The notes under the pieces: generated by a model
What the model was told of the DNA's origin: nothing
Seen by the model: the letters and a program-made list of their open reading frames with translations, nothing else
The model's database searches: none
Shown here: piece by piece, positions 60,043 to 63,559 of the stretch
Position numbering within the stretch: position 1 is the first letter of the stretch
Layout of the letters: the number at the start of each line of letters is the position of its first letter
Program-made: the position numbers and the translations under genes
Source of the DNA: a virus
Taxonomy: Duplodnaviria > Caudoviricetes
Length of the DNA stretch: 63,559 bases
Virus record (IMG/VR): IMGVR_UViG_3300044776_000025
Span: 1-63,559 of that record
Direction: 5' to 3' (one strand)

Positions 60043-61141
60043 GTTTTATCAGCAGTATGCGGAACAGTTGTTGTTGGCACTGATTTATATGAGAGATCGT
60101 ATTGGAAACGATTTTACTGAAGTTTCGCGATATACTCGTAACAATTGGAGGGTTTTTGATGTCAGTAGATATGAATATCAGACACCTGATGTTGTCAATA
60201 GTGTTGCCTTCATTCATGAAACCAATGAAATGGAGTACTCACTGACTGAAATGGTCAATGATCTCCAGCAACAGCTTAGGAATTACCATGATAGGACAGG
60301 TCCTGGTGTTGATGGTGGTAAGCATGATAAGGATCTCATTGATACTATTGTGAGATGTTTACAGTTGCCCTATGCTAGAAATAGACTGTCAGGAGATGTA
60401 TTGGACATCCTTAAGAAGGCATTACTGTTGCCTGAGGAATTGGTCGGGCTCAAGGAACGAATGCAGCGAGAGGAAATGAGTTGCACCCAATGTGGACATA
60501 AATTCCTTACTGGGGAAATTGGTTCATTCCACAAGGAACGGGATAGAACACAGGTATTGTGTACTAATTGTTATCACCCAACAAGATTTTCAGCGGCTTG
60601 TGGGAAGCACAGTATTGAAGTTCCACATGGGGTGCATAAAGTGTTTTCTAAGGAGCATGAAAAGCCGTGTGTGTATTGTGAGGCGGAGGTTAAGGAAAAG
60701 GAATTAGAACAACCGCAGGAGGTTATTCTAACTACTAGAGAGGTGCCACCGGATGATGGGACTGTCGTTCGAGGAGGTCGGTGGGCTGGCCGTGCTGTTA
60801 ATACTGGTATTCTTAATAATGGCAGAGGACCATTTACAACAGCTTATCAGGCTTATCAGCAAACTGCTACGCAACCACAGAGATTTAATACTGAAGGTTT
60901 TGATGTAACAGCACAAGCAAATATTACTATACCACCTCCTGGTATGATTGTCCCTAACCCTGTTGCACAACCTAACGTTGTTACTATCACTGGTGGTGGA
61001 TTAGGTGTGAACGATGATGTGTACCGACAGTATCAGCGTATTATACAGGAAAATAGAGAAGCAGACGTACGACGACTTACTGATGTTTTGGATGGTGATA
61101 CTGAAGAACTGTTAGTTGAGAGAGATGAAGATCATGATTAA
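60035..61141 (+). CDS. hypothetical protein with central zinc fingers
   Basis: CTQC, CTNC and CVYC; low-complexity C-terminus. Confidence 0.7.
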   Translation: MLRFYQQYAEQLLLALIYMRDRIGNDFTEVSRYTRNNWRVFDVSRYEYQTPDVVNSVAFIHETNEMEYSLTEMVNDLQQQLRNYHDRTGPGVDGGKHDKDLIDTIVRCLQLPYARNRLSGDVLDILKKALLLPEELVGLKERMQREEMSCTQCGHKFLTGEIGSFHKERDRTQVLCTNCYHPTRFSAACGKHSIEVPHGVHKVFSKEHEKPCVYCEAEVKEKELEQPQEVILTTREVPPDDGTVVRGGRWAGRAVNTGILNNGRGPFTTAYQAYQQTATQPQRFNTEGFDVTAQANITIPPPGMIVPNPVAQPNVVTITGGGLGVNDDVYRQYQRIIQENREADVRRLTDVLDGDTEELLVERDEDHD

Positions 61142-61520
61142 TTTGGATGATCTCAAATCAGATGCTCAGAAGAAGATTGACGCTGCTGCTAAAGCGGATC
61201 AGGAGAGGGCACATAAGATGCTTCGATCTATGAACACAACCATCTTACCCAATGAAGAGGAGTTTGAGGAAGATGACGATGATACTGATGACTTAAAGGA
61301 ACAGCTCACACATTCATTGTTGTTGATGCACGACATGAACAATTTGTTAACAACATTGAGAGATCCTCTTAGGAATGGTAAAATCAACGTCTACCTAATG
61401 TTGGAGATTGATAGAATTTCGGATGAAGCAACAGCATTCTTAAAAGGTTGTGATCTTGGAAGCGAGAAACCAAAGGATATTGATGAGGTAAATGAAGCAG
61501 ATTTTAACATCTATGACTGA
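61134..61520 (+). CDS. acidic hypothetical protein
   Basis: EEEFEEDDDDTDD; start uncertain. Confidence 0.65.
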   Translation: MINLDDLKSDAQKKIDAAAKADQERAHKMLRSMNTTILPNEEEFEEDDDDTDDLKEQLTHSLLLMHDMNNLLTTLRDPLRNGKINVYLMLEIDRISDEATAFLKGCDLGSEKPKDIDEVNEADFNIYD

Positions 61521-61521
61521 C

Positions 61522-61799
61522 TGCCAAACCCGCAGAAGTCGTAGACAGCTCGGCGATGAATGCACAACCCGGTCTATGCCGGGTGTCTCATACAGACCTG
61601 CTTGTGCTCAGTCGAGCATTCCCGATGTAGATGCCTTTCGAAGCCCTTCGCTCGTGAGCTGAGCGGATCAGCAGGCTAGGTTAGTAGATTGGCATCCAGC
61701 CCAGTGTCGTCTTACACTGAAGAGCCAAAGCGGGACTAGGTTGAGGTAGGGGTTCGCTGTGAAAAGGCACCCTAGTATAAACTAAAAACCCTACCACCA
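61522..61799 (+). ncRNA. candidate structured RNA(s), 3' part tRNA-like with ACCA
   Basis: Nested stems TGCCAA/TTGGCA, ACCCGG/CCGGGT, CCTGCT/AGCAGG, GCTCAG/CTGAGC; GGTAGGG/CCCTACC followed by ACCA. Confidence 0.55.
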
Positions 61800-61943
61800 T
61801 TTTGGTAACTATTGGAGGATTGTAATGAGTATGTTTGGAAGCTTTGTGCTGATCGTGCTTGGATTGTCATTCTCGGCTGTCGTGGTTGCTGCAGCGATAA
61901 CTGCAGTTATAGCTTTGTTTGGTTTGGTTAGGGAGATACGATA

Positions 61944-62759
61944 ATGATTTATGTGTATCGGCGCAGAGCATCGGATAGTGCGCGGGATCTTGCGGAAGCG
62001 ATGAACGTCAATTGCCGACGGTTGAATGACCTTGGACGGGCGCATTTTGGCAATGGTGTGCGAGCGGGGGATGTTGTAATCTGTTGGGGCGAGGCATTGG
62101 CTCCTATCAATGGAGTCAAGATTCTTAATGGTGCAGGCTTGACAAACAAGATGGAAGATGCTAGGCTGCTGAGAGCTGCCAATGTACCAACTGTTGAAGT
62201 GAGTCAGACTAGGCCACCTGCTGTCCCAGCTAATGATTGGGTCGAATTTCAGGCAGCTCGATTGAATCGGGATAATGCCCGACGAGTTATTACGCAGTTG
62301 CAGGCGTTTCTTGCAACGCCTGTTCCAGTGCCAATGACTTGGCTCGCACGTAGGTTCAATCACGTAGGAGGGGCGGATCTGCTTCAGCCACCGCCACAGC
62401 CGGATTACTTTAGCAAAAAGGAGGATCTTCGGGAGGAATATCGCATTCATTGCTTCGACGGGAAGTCCATTAGGGCAGGTGTTAAGGTCCCCCGAGAGGG
62501 AACACAGCCGCATGCGTGGATTCGTAGTCTCGATGGAGGATGGCGGATTCGGTATGATGAATTTGCATCTAAGAAAGCAATGAGAGAGCTGGCTGCACAG
62601 GCGGTGGCTGCATTGGGGTTGCAGTTCGGAGCGGTGGACATTGGGAAGAAGGCAGATAATTCGTTGATTGTGTTGGAAGTGAATCGAGCACCTGGGTTGG
62701 AAGGAAATACAACCACAGTTTATGCGAACGCGATTGAAACGTGGTTGAAGGGGGAATGA
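61944..62759 (+). CDS. ATP-grasp ligase (RimK/phiEco32-like)
   Basis: NKMEDARLL, EYRIH, WIRS, FGAVDI and LEVNRAPGL. Confidence 0.9.
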   Translation: MIYVYRRRASDSARDLAEAMNVNCRRLNDLGRAHFGNGVRAGDVVICWGEALAPINGVKILNGAGLTNKMEDARLLRAANVPTVEVSQTRPPAVPANDWVEFQAARLNRDNARRVITQLQAFLATPVPVPMTWLARRFNHVGGADLLQPPPQPDYFSKKEDLREEYRIHCFDGKSIRAGVKVPREGTQPHAWIRSLDGGWRIRYDEFASKKAMRELAAQAVAALGLQFGAVDIGKKADNSLIVLEVNRAPGLEGNTTTVYANAIETWLKGE

Positions 62760-63137
62760 TGAAGCTACATGAGATGGTATCGGAGCCGGATCATCCAATA
62801 ATCTGTGATCCTTGTAGGCTGTTGCCTGCTGGGTTGACTCCATTTAAGGAAATCGCTAGGGAAACAATGAACTTCCCTGGTGGGCAGTGTCATGTGCTAC
62901 TTGTGGAGGACGAGGAAACTGGGATTGTTTCTCGACAGTTCATTCGAGCTGATGGACATCTTGGCGCTGTTCGGGATGATTGCTAATGGAAATCATTGAA
63001 GATCTATCTGAAATTGCGCGTGATAGCTTCCTAACAATGCATTTGGTCAATTGTGGTGGAGTTATAATCTGGAGTTACCTTGGTAGTGAGCCGGATTATA
63101 GAATTGATAGCGAGCATGAGTGGAAAGAGGAGGAGTG

Positions 63138-63559
63138 ATGTACATACAATCAACTGGGTGCTGTGGATTAAAGGAGATTACAAATCTCCATGATTATGAT
63201 ACTCCTGCAGAGGCTATGAAGGCTTTCTGTGATAAGATTTGGTCCTTCGAGCGCTATGATTATGATGGTTATGGTTATACGACTGTAACAAACTTAAAGG
63301 CTAAGATCACAGGACTAGTTCTATTTACTGCTGTTGTGAGGCATACCAATGGGACAAAAGTTTATCCCAATCCATACTATGGACCTAGGTTTGCCCATTT
63401 CATCCGGAAGAATAAGCTTGGTAAGATCATGGGCGGTCCATGTGGAGCAAATAGGATCAATCATCCAACCCATGTTGTTAGAGGATGGTTGTGGAATCCT
63501 AATCCTAAAACATTGAAGACATGGTACAATAAGTATAAGAAGGAGGCCAAGAAGAATGG
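63138..63559 (+). CDS. CCG-motif hypothetical protein, 3'-truncated by the window
   Basis: GGAGGAG RBS; TGCCGLKEI...YYGPRF...KLG...WLW...LKTWYNK. Confidence 0.7.
   Translation, partial: MYIQSTGCCGLKEITNLHDYDTPAEAMKAFCDKIWSFERYDYDGYGYTTVTNLKAKITGLVLFTAVVRHTNGTKVYPNPYYGPRFAHFIRKNKLGKIMGGPCGANRINHPTHVVRGWLWNPNPKTLKTWYNKYKKEAKKN

Noticed and set aside
61522-61740. Group I intron, RNase P or SRP RNA
   Set aside because: The characteristic conserved core sequences were not recognisable and no gene is interrupted.
61809-62843. 344-aa minus-strand ORF
   Set aside because: It is the antisense shadow of the well-supported ATP-grasp gene.
1-63559. Stop-codon reassignment
   Set aside because: Core genes are full length in the standard code, TAA, TGA and TAG all end genes, and no suppressor tRNA was seen.

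Overview
The window is a large part of a tailed dsDNA phage genome with podovirus-like (P22/phiEco32-type) architecture; the host cannot be determined from the sequence. It has three blocks. (1) 1-9085 (+): replication and nucleotide metabolism, including an AAA/Sak4-like ATPase end, an SSB-like protein, dCMP deaminase, an adenine methyltransferase, HNH, a UDG-fused family A DNA polymerase, endonuclease VII, MazG, nucleoside deoxyribosyltransferase and a dATP/dGTP diphosphohydrolase. (2) 9036-39037 (-): one long, mostly TAATG-coupled virion and lysis operon (terminase, portal, scaffold, major capsid, many decoration/fibre proteins, tail proteins, ejection proteins, GH108 endolysin) behind two perfect sigma70 promoters. 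(3) ~40200-63559 (+): early/accessory genes, including a phiEco32-like COOH-NH2 ligase / amidoligase / glutamine amidotransferase / ATP-grasp cluster. The most interesting signals are non-coding: a ~290-nt structured RNA with an internal array of short A-rich repeats behind a DIP1984-like coiled-coil gene; three sequence-divergent long hairpins that share one mismatch signature and bury downstream ribosome-binding sites; two non-canonical tRNA-like RNAs ending in ACCA; a tRNA-Ile(UAU); and a TGACA-rich repeat region at the strand switch. All family assignments come from motif recognition by eye, not database searches.
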